DNA from: Pseudomonadota bacterium
GTDB taxonomy: Bacteria > Pseudomonadota > Alphaproteobacteria > UBA11222
Assembly: GCA_049323435.1 (NCBI GenBank)
Contig: JBMOMX010000012.1
Coordinates: forward strand, 273,625-337,624
Length of the DNA: 64,000 bases
Direction of reading: 5' to 3'
Shown here in pieces: positions 17,703-25,870 of the stretch (positions within the stretch are counted from its first letter, which is position 1; every line of letters starts with the position of its first letter). A model generated the notes under the pieces. The model had not been told where the DNA came from. It saw only the letters and a program-made list of their open reading frames with translations, and searched no databases. A program made the translations under genes and the position numbers.

Positions 17703-19229
17703 CTATTCGTAAACGAACTCGCTTGCATCAAGGTCGACTTTCGGCAGCGCCTTCTTCTCGGCCCAGTAGTCCTGCGTGTGTTGCCATTCGGGTTTGTCGC
17801 CCCTTTTGGGCATCAGGTGCATACTGCGCATCAGATAGCCGGGATTGAAGTTTTCCGGGTCGATCCACGGTTTGAGCGGCATATCCTTGTCCTCGGGCCG
17901 AAGGGCTACCGTGATCTTGTGTGCTTGCCTGTTTTTCATATGATTGAGTAGCCGGCAGACGAAATCGGCGACCAGATCCACCCGCAAGGTCCAACTGGCG
18001 CGGAAATAGCCAAAAATCCACACCATATTGGGCACGCCGGTAAACATCATCCCGCGATAGGTTACCGTCTTCGAAAAATCGACGGGGGTGCCGTCCACGG
18101 TAAATCTGATATCGCCGAGCACGCTAAGATCAAACCCGGTTGCGGTCACGATAATATCGGCCTCAAGCACCTCGCCGGATTTCAGCAGGATGCCTTTTTC
18201 GGTAAATCTTTCGATCTCGTCCGTAACCATCGACGCCTTGCCCGAGGCGATTCCCCGGAACAGGTCGCCGTCCGGAATAAAGGCGACGCGCTGCCGCCAT
18301 GGCCGGTATTTCGGCGTGAAATGCTTTTCTATGTCATAGTCTGGCCCCAGATAAGCGCGAACGGCATTCAGCAGATCATTCTTGACCGCTTCCGGCTCCT
18401 CGAACGAGCGCCGGGTGAATTCGGCCTGCTCCTGCAATATCTGCCTGCGTGCAATCTCATGGATCCAGGTTTCGTCGATCTCCAGCGCGCGCAACTGGTC
18501 GGCCAGTTTGTTTTCATTGCGCGCCGGAATGAAATAGGTAGGCGAGCGTTGCAGCACGGTAATATGCGCGCAGTCGTCCGCCATTGCGGGAACAACGGTC
18601 GCCGCCGTGGCGCCGGAGCCTATGACGATGACCCGCTTGCCCTTATAATCCAGATTTTCGGGCCATTGCTGCGGATGAACGATCACCCCCTTGAAATTTT
18701 CCATCCCCTCCCACTGGGGCGTATAGCCTTTTTCGTGGCGGTAATAACCCTGGCACATCCAGAGAAAATTGGTGGTGAAACGCAGATGTTCGCCCGTATC
18801 CGTACGAATGGCCTCCAGGGTCCAGAGATTGTGTTTGCTCGACCAGCTCGCCGACAAGATTTTGTGCCGGTAACGGATATGCCGGGCGAGGCCGTTCTCC
18901 TCGATGACCTCGCCCATATAGGAAAGAATTTCCTCCGCCGTCGCGATTGGCGCGCCGACCCATGGCTTGAAGCGGTAGCCAAAAGTATAAAGATCGCTAT
19001 CAGACCGGATGCCGGGATAACGGTGCGTAAGCCAAGTGCCGCCAAAGCTTTCCAGGCCTTCAAGGACGACAAAGCTTTTATCCGGGCACTGCTGGGTAAG
19101 ATGGTACGCGGTTCCCACGCCGGAAATGCCCGCTCCAACGATCACGACATCAAAATGTGTGCTATCCTGTTTCGGGCCTGGCGCCGCCGTTGGGCGTGTT
19201 TCGGTCATTGTCATTATACTATGGTCCAT
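17703..19229 (-). CDS. Baeyer-Villiger-type flavin monooxygenase (class B FMO)
   Basis: Two Rossmann motifs (VVIVGAGISGVG, VIVIGSGATAAT) are present, along with the BVMO fingerprint FxGxxxHxxxWP, which reads FKGVIVHPQQWP. The start is uncertain: 19229 (MDHS) or 19214 (MTMT). Confidence 0.82.
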   Translation of the reverse strand: MDHSIMTMTETRPTAAPGPKQDSTHFDVVIVGAGISGVGTAYHLTQQCPDKSFVVLEGLESFGGTWLTHRYPGIRSDSDLYTFGYRFKPWVGAPIATAEEILSYMGEVIEENGLARHIRYRHKILSASWSSKHNLWTLEAIRTDTGEHLRFTTNFLWMCQGYYRHEKGYTPQWEGMENFKGVIVHPQQWPENLDYKGKRVIVIGSGATAATVVPAMADDCAHITVLQRSPTYFIPARNENKLADQLRALEIDETWIHEIARRQILQEQAEFTRRSFEEPEAVKNDLLNAVRAYLGPDYDIEKHFTPKYRPWRQRVAFIPDGDLFRGIASGKASMVTDEIERFTEKGILLKSGEVLEADIIVTATGFDLSVLGDIRFTVDGTPVDFSKTVTYRGMMFTGVPNMVWIFGYFRASWTLRVDLVADFVCRLLNHMKNRQAHKITVALRPEDKDMPLKPWIDPENFNPGYLMRSMHLMPKRGDKPEWQHTQDYWAEKKALPKVDLDASEFVYE

Positions 19230-19423
19230 TCTTTCTTTGGTGATTGGCTTGTATGCGATGTGTAGAAAAATTCTAATAGGCCCCGCAAGCACATAAATTG
19301 ATCCGCATCAAACATTGAGAAGCCGAACTGCCAGTTCACGAGGGGCTAAGAAAGACTATTGCTCCCCCGCCCCCTCCCCGTGCTAAAACTCTGATCAAGA
19401 ATTACCAACATGGAGCGGCTCCA

Positions 19424-20623
19424 ATGGACCTCAGCTATGGCCCGGAATATGAAGATTTCCGCACGGAAGTGCGTGTATTTATTGAGAAAAACCAGCATTT
19501 GGCGCCGCCTCCGGGCATGGGCATGTACCATCCCGGCCCCAAGGAGCAGGATTGGCAGAAGCTGCTGATCGAAAACGGCTATACCTGCCGCACCATCCCC
19601 AAACAATATGGCGGTTATGGCGGCGAACCCGACATTCTGAAAAACGTCATCATTCAGGACGAGTTTGCCAAGGCCAATGTCAATTCCGGGTTGAGCGGCC
19701 AGGGCATCGGCATGTTGGTGCCCACTTTGCTGGAACGCGGCACCGACAAGCAAAAGGAACAATATATCCGCCCGACCATCTGGGGCGAGATTTACTGGTG
19801 CCAGGGCTATTCCGAACCCGGCGCCGGTTCCGATCTGGCCAGCCTGCGCACCAATGCGCGCGTCGAGGATGGTCATTTTGTCATTAACGGCCAGAAAATC
19901 TGGACCAGTTCGGCGCATTTTTCCGACATGTGCTTTATTCTGGTGCGCACAGAGCCGGACAAACCCAAGCATGAGGGCATTTCCTATTTGCTGATGGATA
20001 TGAAAACCCCCGGCATCGAGGTGCGGCCGCTGGTGACCATGACCGGCGCCGCCGAATTTAACGAAATGTTTCTGACCGATGTCAAAGTGCCGGTGGATAG
20101 CATTGTCGGCAAGCGCGGCGAGGGCTGGCTGGTCGCCAACACCACGCTGAAGCATGAGCGCGGCATGTTGGGCGATCCGTCGCAACTGCTCAGCCGCATC
20201 GAAAGCATTCTGAAAATCATGCAGAATGAAATGCTGGATGGTAAACGCCTGATCGAGCATGAGCTGTACCGTGACCGGCTGGTGGCGGCGCAGGCGAAAA
20301 CCGAGGCGCTGAAATATCATTCGCTGCGGCTTCTGACCTGCACACTGAAAAACGAAGACCCCGGCGTGGCGCGCCTGATCATCAAATATTACGGCACCAC
20401 GCTCAGCCGCGAGCTGTCCGACATCGCGCTGGAGGTGCTGGGCGAATTGGGCAGCCTGTATGACGGCAGCCCGCATGTGCGCAGCTATGGCTCCTGGCAA
20501 TGGCGCAATATGTTCGATCTTGGCCTGATCATTGGCGGCGGCACATCGCAAATTCAGAAAAATATCATCAGTGAGCGCGGGCTGGGAATGCCCCGCGAGC
20601 CAAAACTGGCGGAGACGAAATAA
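19424..20623 (+). CDS. acyl-CoA dehydrogenase family protein (first of an overlapping pair)
   Basis: WCQGYSEPGAGSD and WTSSAH are ACAD blocks. The C-terminal motif reads IGGGTSQIQ, with Gly in place of the canonical Glu. 399 aa. Confidence 0.88.
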   Translation: MDLSYGPEYEDFRTEVRVFIEKNQHLAPPPGMGMYHPGPKEQDWQKLLIENGYTCRTIPKQYGGYGGEPDILKNVIIQDEFAKANVNSGLSGQGIGMLVPTLLERGTDKQKEQYIRPTIWGEIYWCQGYSEPGAGSDLASLRTNARVEDGHFVINGQKIWTSSAHFSDMCFILVRTEPDKPKHEGISYLLMDMKTPGIEVRPLVTMTGAAEFNEMFLTDVKVPVDSIVGKRGEGWLVANTTLKHERGMLGDPSQLLSRIESILKIMQNEMLDGKRLIEHELYRDRLVAAQAKTEALKYHSLRLLTCTLKNEDPGVARLIIKYYGTTLSRELSDIALEVLGELGSLYDGSPHVRSYGSWQWRNMFDLGLIIGGGTSQIQKNIISERGLGMPREPKLAETK

Positions 20624-21717
20624 TGGAATTCGGATTATCAGACGATCAGAAACTGCTGGAAGATTCCGTCCGCAAGCTGACCGAGGCGCAACTGCCATTA
20701 GAAAAAATCCGCGAATATGCGGCGGCGAAATCCGGCTTCATTCCCGCCATCTGGAGCGGCCTTGTTGATCTGGGCGCAACCGGCGTGATCATTCCCGAAC
20801 AATATGGCGGCACCGGGTTCAAAATGCTGGATGCGGTTGTGATTCTCGAAGCGCTGGGGCGCACCGTCGCACCGGTTCCATTCACCGGATCGGCGATCAT
20901 GGCGCCCGTGGCGCTGCTGACCGGCGGCACCGACGCGCAGAAAGAAGAATGGCTGCCGCAAATCGCGACGGGCGAGGTGAAGGCGGGCGTTGGCGTCACC
21001 GAAATCATCAGCACGCGCGACAGCAAGGGCGTCAGCCTGTCTGGCGATACGCTGAACGGCAACGCCATGTTCGTGATTGACGGATCACCTGCGGATATTT
21101 TCCTGATCGCCGCCGGGCCGGACAATATGGCGATCATCCCGCGCAATGCGCCGGGCGTGACGGTAACGCAGCTCAAGACCATTGATTATTCGCGGATGCA
21201 TTGCGAGGTGAAGCTGGAAGGCGTCAAGGCCGATCTGCTGGGCGGCAAGGGCAAGGCGGGCGCGGCCATCAAGCAAACCATCATGGCCGGGCGTCTTGCT
21301 TTGGCGGCGGATACGCTGGGCGCGGCCGAGGTGATGATCGGCAAGGCCGTGGAATATGCCAAGGAACGCAAGCAGTTTGAAAGGGTGATCGCGTCCTATC
21401 AGGCGGTCAAACATATGTGCGCCGAAATGATTTCCGAGCTGGAGCCGTTCCGCTCGCTGATCTGGTATGCGGGACATGCCTATGATGAAGTTCCTGACGA
21501 GGCGCTGTTGAATGTGCTGCTGGCCAAATCCGGCATTGACGGGGCGGGCAAGTTTATTATCCGCACCGCGACCGAGGTGCATGGCGGCATGGGCTTTACC
21601 GATCTGATGGGCCTGCATTACTGGTACAAACGGGTCAGCGTCAACCGCTCGCTGCTGGGCACGCCGGAAATGCTGCGCAATGAAGCAGCCATCGCTCAAG
21701 GCTGGCTGGCCGCATAA
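20623..21717 (+). CDS. acyl-CoA dehydrogenase family protein (second of the pair, divergent)
   Basis: A TAATG overlap joins it to the preceding ACAD. It has ACAD N- and C-terminal domain patterns (AVEYAKERKQFERVIASYQAVKH). The C-terminal motif is degenerate (LLGTPEM). 364 aa. Confidence 0.82.
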   Translation: MEFGLSDDQKLLEDSVRKLTEAQLPLEKIREYAAAKSGFIPAIWSGLVDLGATGVIIPEQYGGTGFKMLDAVVILEALGRTVAPVPFTGSAIMAPVALLTGGTDAQKEEWLPQIATGEVKAGVGVTEIISTRDSKGVSLSGDTLNGNAMFVIDGSPADIFLIAAGPDNMAIIPRNAPGVTVTQLKTIDYSRMHCEVKLEGVKADLLGGKGKAGAAIKQTIMAGRLALAADTLGAAEVMIGKAVEYAKERKQFERVIASYQAVKHMCAEMISELEPFRSLIWYAGHAYDEVPDEALLNVLLAKSGIDGAGKFIIRTATEVHGGMGFTDLMGLHYWYKRVSVNRSLLGTPEMLRNEAAIAQGWLAA

Positions 21718-21737
21718 ATTTAACGGGGGAAAACGCC

Positions 21738-22691
21738 ATGGATTTGCCGCTCGATAAAAAACTGACCATCGGTTTCAGCGCCACCATGGCGTCTCCGAAA
21801 GCCGCGCGCGAAGTGTCCGATATTGCCGACAGGTTCGGTTATGAATCGCTATGGACCGGCGATCACATCGCCTTCGCGGTGCCGATGCTGGACCCGCTAT
21901 TGCAACTGGCGCAGGTGGCGGCGGTCAATTCGCGGCTGCTGCTTGGCACCGGTGTCTATCTGATGCCGTTACGCCATGCCAGCACGGTGGCGAAACTGGT
22001 GTCCACCTTTGATCATCTCAGCGAAGGCCGGTTTATTTTTGGCGTTGGCGTCGGCGGCGAATTTCCCAATGAATATGCCGCCTGCGGCGTGCCGGTGAAT
22101 GAGCGCGGCGCGCGCCTGACTGAAGGCATCCGCACCATCCGCAAATTGTGGACCGGCGAAAAGGTCAGCAACGAAGACAGCAAATTTTATCCGTTCAAGG
22201 ATGTTCAGATGCTGCCGCGGCCCATCACGCCCGGCGGCCCTCCGATCTGGACCGGCGGCCGGTCCAAGGCCGCGCTCACCCGCTGCGGGCGGCTGGCCGA
22301 TGGCTGGATGTCCTATGTGGTGACGCCGGAAATGTACCGCGACGGGCTGCAACAGATTGCCACTGCCGCCAGCGACGCCAAACGCGATCTGAAAAAATTC
22401 GGCAGCAGCCATCTGGTGTTTATGCGCATCGACGACACTTATGAACGTGCGCTGGAACTGGCGGCGGCGCACCTGACCCGGCGCTATGCGATGGATTTCA
22501 CCTCCGCCGCCAAACGCTATGCGGTGCTGGGAACACCCAGTGATTGCGCGCAGCGCATCGCCGATTTCCACGCCGCAGGGGTGCGGCATTTTGTGCTGGA
22601 TTGCACCGGCCCGCTCGAGGAACGCGATGCGCAACTGGAACGTTTCGCCAAAGAGGTGCGCCCTCTGCTGGGCCAATTGGCGGCGGCGTAA
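21738..22691 (+). CDS. LLM-class (luciferase-like) flavin/F420-dependent oxidoreductase
   Basis: GYESLWTGDHI, LGTGVYL.PLR and GRFIFGVGVGG are luciferase-like monooxygenase blocks. 317 aa. Confidence 0.85.
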   Translation: MDLPLDKKLTIGFSATMASPKAAREVSDIADRFGYESLWTGDHIAFAVPMLDPLLQLAQVAAVNSRLLLGTGVYLMPLRHASTVAKLVSTFDHLSEGRFIFGVGVGGEFPNEYAACGVPVNERGARLTEGIRTIRKLWTGEKVSNEDSKFYPFKDVQMLPRPITPGGPPIWTGGRSKAALTRCGRLADGWMSYVVTPEMYRDGLQQIATAASDAKRDLKKFGSSHLVFMRIDDTYERALELAAAHLTRRYAMDFTSAAKRYAVLGTPSDCAQRIADFHAAGVRHFVLDCTGPLEERDAQLERFAKEVRPLLGQLAAA

Positions 22692-22699
22692 ACCGCGCC

Positions 22700-23074
22700 A
22701 TGAGCGAAGCTGGCGCGGCGCAGATCGAGGCGATCAGCGCGATCACCCTCGCCACCCATGACATGGCGCGCGCCGTGGCGTTTTACGCGGGCCTGGGTTT
22801 TGATTTTAGCTATGGCGGCGCGCAAAGCAGCTTCACCAGCTTTCACATCGGCAGCGGCCATCTCAACCTGATGGCCGCGCCCGAGGACCAAAGCTGGGGC
22901 GCCTGGGGGCGCGTCATCATTTACGTATCCGATGTCGACGCCATCTATGCGCGGGCGCTGGCGGCGGGCTTCGCCCCTGAATTCGCCCCATCCGACGCGC
23001 CCTGGGGCGAACGCTATTTCCATATCAAAGACCCCGACGGGCATGAACTGAGTTTCGCGAAGCTGCTGGTGTAA
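22700..23074 (+). CDS. VOC (glyoxalase/bleomycin-resistance/dioxygenase) family protein
   Basis: 124 aa from the internal ATG. ITLATHDMARAVAFYAGLGF...HLNL...PWGERYFHIKDPDGHELSF is the typical VOC pattern. Confidence 0.82.
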   Translation: MSEAGAAQIEAISAITLATHDMARAVAFYAGLGFDFSYGGAQSSFTSFHIGSGHLNLMAAPEDQSWGAWGRVIIYVSDVDAIYARALAAGFAPEFAPSDAPWGERYFHIKDPDGHELSFAKLLV

Positions 23075-23081
23075 AAAAAGA

Positions 23082-23384
23082 TCATCGCCGCATCCGCGCG
23101 CCGTGGCGGACCTGCAATATAACGACTTGCGCAGCGTCGATCGTAAACAGGATGCGATACGCGCCAAAAATCAGATGGCGGATTTCCACGCCATCAAAAC
23201 CATTTTCCGGCGCAAGCGGGCAGCGTTCCGGCATGGATGCAAGCGTCCGCATTCTGGTGCGCAGTCTGGAAACAAATCTGCGGGCGGCCGCAGGATTATC
23301 GCGCGCAATAAAATGGAGAATGCCGTTCAGGTTTGCCTCCGCCATGGGGGTAATAACGACATCAAGCTTGCGCAGGCGCGGCAT
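23082..23384 (-). CDS. parE: type II toxin, RelE/ParE family
   Basis: 100 aa. A.NL..I..FIARDNPAAARRFV..L and the C-terminal V.ILQVRHGAR are ParE-like. It lies immediately downstream of the antitoxin. Confidence 0.85.
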   Translation of the reverse strand: MPRLRKLDVVITPMAEANLNGILHFIARDNPAAARRFVSRLRTRMRTLASMPERCPLAPENGFDGVEIRHLIFGAYRILFTIDAAQVVILQVRHGARMRR

Positions 23385-23385
23385 C

Positions 23386-23694
23386 TCATTTTACGCGGCG
23401 GGAACGAACGGGTTTTGGCAGATGTTTTTCTTCCAGCGCCGCAAGCGCCGCTTCGATAGGCCGGGCCTGACCGGCCCGGTATTCCACAATACTATGGCGC
23501 AATTCCAGCAGCCTGTCGGCTTCCTCGGCGCGGGCCAGCAGACGCTGATAGGATTTGATATCCTGCACAACCACTTCCGCCTGACCATTGACCGTCAGCA
23601 CCGCCGGACGGCGGTTTTTTTTAAGCCGTGCTATCGCACTGCGCGTGTTGCGCTGAAATTCCGTCAGCGGCTGGATGTCCTTGAGATCTATCAT
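23386..23694 (-). CDS. type II antitoxin, Phd/YefM family
   Basis: The N-terminus LTEFQRNTRSAIARLKKNRRPAVLTVNGQAEVVVQD is the Phd/YefM fold pattern. 102 aa. Confidence 0.82.
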   Translation of the reverse strand: MIDLKDIQPLTEFQRNTRSAIARLKKNRRPAVLTVNGQAEVVVQDIKSYQRLLARAEEADRLLELRHSIVEYRAGQARPIEAALAALEEKHLPKPVRSRRVK

Positions 23695-23713
23695 GCCTGC
23701 TCACCTCTTACGT

Positions 23714-23739
23714 CATGTAAATAAACATGAAATTACATG
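23714..23739 (-). promoter_or_regulatory. putative autoregulatory operator of the phd-parE operon
   Basis: An inverted repeat catgtaa-N12-ttacatg lies 20-45 nt upstream of the antitoxin start, in AT-rich sequence. Confidence 0.45.
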
Positions 23740-23852
23740 CTATTATCATGCGGGCGGCAAAGCAAGCCTGTCAATTTCACACCCCAAATTTCTCAAAAAC
23801 TTCCCCAAAAACTTCATTGAGTTGAAAGGCCTTATCGCCGATACTGCGCGCC

Positions 23853-24335
23853 ATGACAATAACAGTTCAAAATAACCCGCCCGCGGATTTCCACCCGGAC
23901 CGGGTGCGTGAAATTGCCGAGGCATTGCGGGGGCTGGATGGGCCGCTGCTGCCCATTCTGCACGCCGTCAATGAACGTTTTGGCTATGTCGATGAACGCG
24001 CCCTGCCCGTGATCGCCGATGTGCTGAACCTGACCCGGGCCGAGGTGCAGGGCGTGGTCAGCTTCTATCATGATTTCCGGCGGGCGCCTGCGGGCCGCCA
24101 TGTGGTGAAAATCTGCCGCGCCGAAGCCTGCCAGGCGATGGGCGCGGAGCGGCTGATTGCGGAACTTGAAACATTGTTCGCCGTCAAGCTGGGCGAAACC
24201 AGCAAGGATGGGCGCGTGACGCTTGAGGCGGTCTATTGTCTTGGCAATTGCGCGCTGTCGCCTGCGGCCCTCATTGATGGAAAATTATTCGGGCGGCTGG
24301 ATGCGCCCTGTGTGCAGGCGCAGGTTGGTAAATGA
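23853..24335 (+). CDS. fdsG: NAD-dependent formate dehydrogenase gamma subunit (NuoE-like, 2Fe-2S)
   Basis: The NuoE-like Cys pattern is CRAEACQAMG...CLGNCALSP. It is the first gene of the fds operon and overlaps fdsB by 4 nt. Confidence 0.88.
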   Translation: MTITVQNNPPADFHPDRVREIAEALRGLDGPLLPILHAVNERFGYVDERALPVIADVLNLTRAEVQGVVSFYHDFRRAPAGRHVVKICRAEACQAMGAERLIAELETLFAVKLGETSKDGRVTLEAVYCLGNCALSPAALIDGKLFGRLDAPCVQAQVGK

Positions 24336-25855
24336 CCCAGTTGATTTATGTCCCCGATGACGCTGCCGCCCTTTCAGTTGGCGCCGATGCTGTTGCAGAG
24401 GCAATCTGTACAGAGATTTCCAGACGCGGGCTGGACGCCAAACTGGTCCGCACCGGATCGCGCGGCCTGTTATGGCTGGAGCCGCTGGTGGAATTTGCCA
24501 CGCCCGGCGGGCGCATCGGCTATGGCAATGTGGATGCCGCCACTGTTTCGGCATTGTTTGATGATCCCGCCCATACGCGCAGCCTTGGTCTCGTCGAAGA
24601 AATTCCATATCTGAAAAGCCAGCAACGCCTTACCTTTGCACGCTGTGGCATTATCGATCCGCTATCGCTCGATGAATATCAAACGCATGGCGGGTTGGCG
24701 GGCCTGCGCCGCGCGCTGGAAATGACGTGTACAGATATTGCCGAGCAAGTGGTTGAATCCGGCCTGCGCGGGCGCGGCGGCGCGGGCTTCCCGGCCGGCA
24801 TAAAATGGCGCACGGTTGCCGCCGCACCAGCGGATCAGAAATATATTGTCTGCAACGCCGATGAAGGCGATAGCGGCACCTTTGCCGACCGTATGCTGAT
24901 GGAAGGTGATCCGTTCCTGCTGATCGAAGGCATGGTCATTGCGGGCCTGGCCGTGGGTGCGGATAAGGGCTTTGTCTATATCCGGTCGGAATATCCGCAC
25001 GCCATCGCCAAAATGCGGCGCGCCATTCAGGCGGCGCATAAGGGGCAATTGCTGGGCAGGAATATTCTCGGCGGCGGCAAATATTTCGATCTGGAACTGC
25101 GGGTTGGCGCGGGAGCCTATATTTGCGGCGAGGAAACCTCGCTGCTGGAAAGCCTGGAGGGGCGGCGCGGCCAGGTGCGGCCCAAGCCCCCCCTGCCCGC
25201 CATCGCGGGCCTGTTCGGCAAACCCACTGTCATCAACAATGTGCTGTCGCTGGCCGCCGTGCCAACCATCCTGGCCCAGGGCGCGGCGTTTTACCGCGAT
25301 TTCGGCATGGGCCGTTCGCGCGGCACCATGCCGGTGCAGCTTGCGGGTAATGTGCGCCGGGGCGGGCTGATCGAACGCGCCTTTGGCCTGAGCCTGCGTG
25401 AAATCATTGAGACCTATGGCGGCGGCACTGCCAGCGGGCGGCCGGTGCGTGCAGTGCAGGTGGGGGGGCCGCTCGGCGCCTATTGGCCGCCGGCGCTGTT
25501 CGACACCCCGTTTGACTATGAGACTTTTGCAGAAAAATCCGGTATGATCGGGCATGGCGGCGTCGTGGTGTTTGACGATAGCGTGGATATGGCCCGCCAG
25601 GCCCGGTTTGCGCTGGAGTTCTGCGCCATTGAAAGCTGCGGCAAATGTACGCCCTGCCGCATCGGCTCCACGCGCGGTGTCGAGACGATGGACAGGATTA
25701 TTCAGGGAGAACGGCCTGTGGAAAATACCGCCCTGGTGCGCGATCTGTGCGAGATATTGCGCGATGGCTCGCTCTGTGCGCTGGGCGGGCTGACGCCGAT
25801 GCCTGTGCTGAGCGCGATGGATCATTTTCCCGAAGATTTTTCGCGCGCCGAATGA
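24332..25855 (+). CDS. fdsB: NAD-dependent formate dehydrogenase beta subunit (NuoF-like)
   Basis: GRGGAGFPAGIKW (FMN/NADH site) and ESCGKCTPCR (4Fe-4S) are present. 507 aa. Confidence 0.9.
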   Translation: MTQLIYVPDDAAALSVGADAVAEAICTEISRRGLDAKLVRTGSRGLLWLEPLVEFATPGGRIGYGNVDAATVSALFDDPAHTRSLGLVEEIPYLKSQQRLTFARCGIIDPLSLDEYQTHGGLAGLRRALEMTCTDIAEQVVESGLRGRGGAGFPAGIKWRTVAAAPADQKYIVCNADEGDSGTFADRMLMEGDPFLLIEGMVIAGLAVGADKGFVYIRSEYPHAIAKMRRAIQAAHKGQLLGRNILGGGKYFDLELRVGAGAYICGEETSLLESLEGRRGQVRPKPPLPAIAGLFGKPTVINNVLSLAAVPTILAQGAAFYRDFGMGRSRGTMPVQLAGNVRRGGLIERAFGLSLREIIETYGGGTASGRPVRAVQVGGPLGAYWPPALFDTPFDYETFAEKSGMIGHGGVVVFDDSVDMARQARFALEFCAIESCGKCTPCRIGSTRGVETMDRIIQGERPVENTALVRDLCEILRDGSLCALGGLTPMPVLSAMDHFPEDFSRAE

Positions 25856-25870
25856 AATGAGGAACATCTG

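Noticed and set aside
19346-20698. A 450-aa ORF on the - strand, plus similar long antisense ORFs at 3457-4386, 9266-10282, 12951-14003, 14556-15362, 16594-17379, 24662-25867, 39531-40619, 46481-47509, 48628-49287, 53441-54394 and 56061-57239.
   Set aside because: Each lies antisense to a gene with strong family motifs. Their translations are Arg/Ala/Gly/His-rich low-complexity sequences with no recognisable motifs. These are typical shadow ORFs of GC-rich DNA.
17542-23850. Possible genomic island integrated at the 3' end of tRNA-Leu(TAA), spanning the BVMO-ACAD-LLM-VOC-ParE block.
   Set aside because: No integrase is present. I found no convincing direct repeat of the tRNA 3' end near 23700-23850; only a 6-7 nt gcgggc match is there. 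Composition is similar on both sides.
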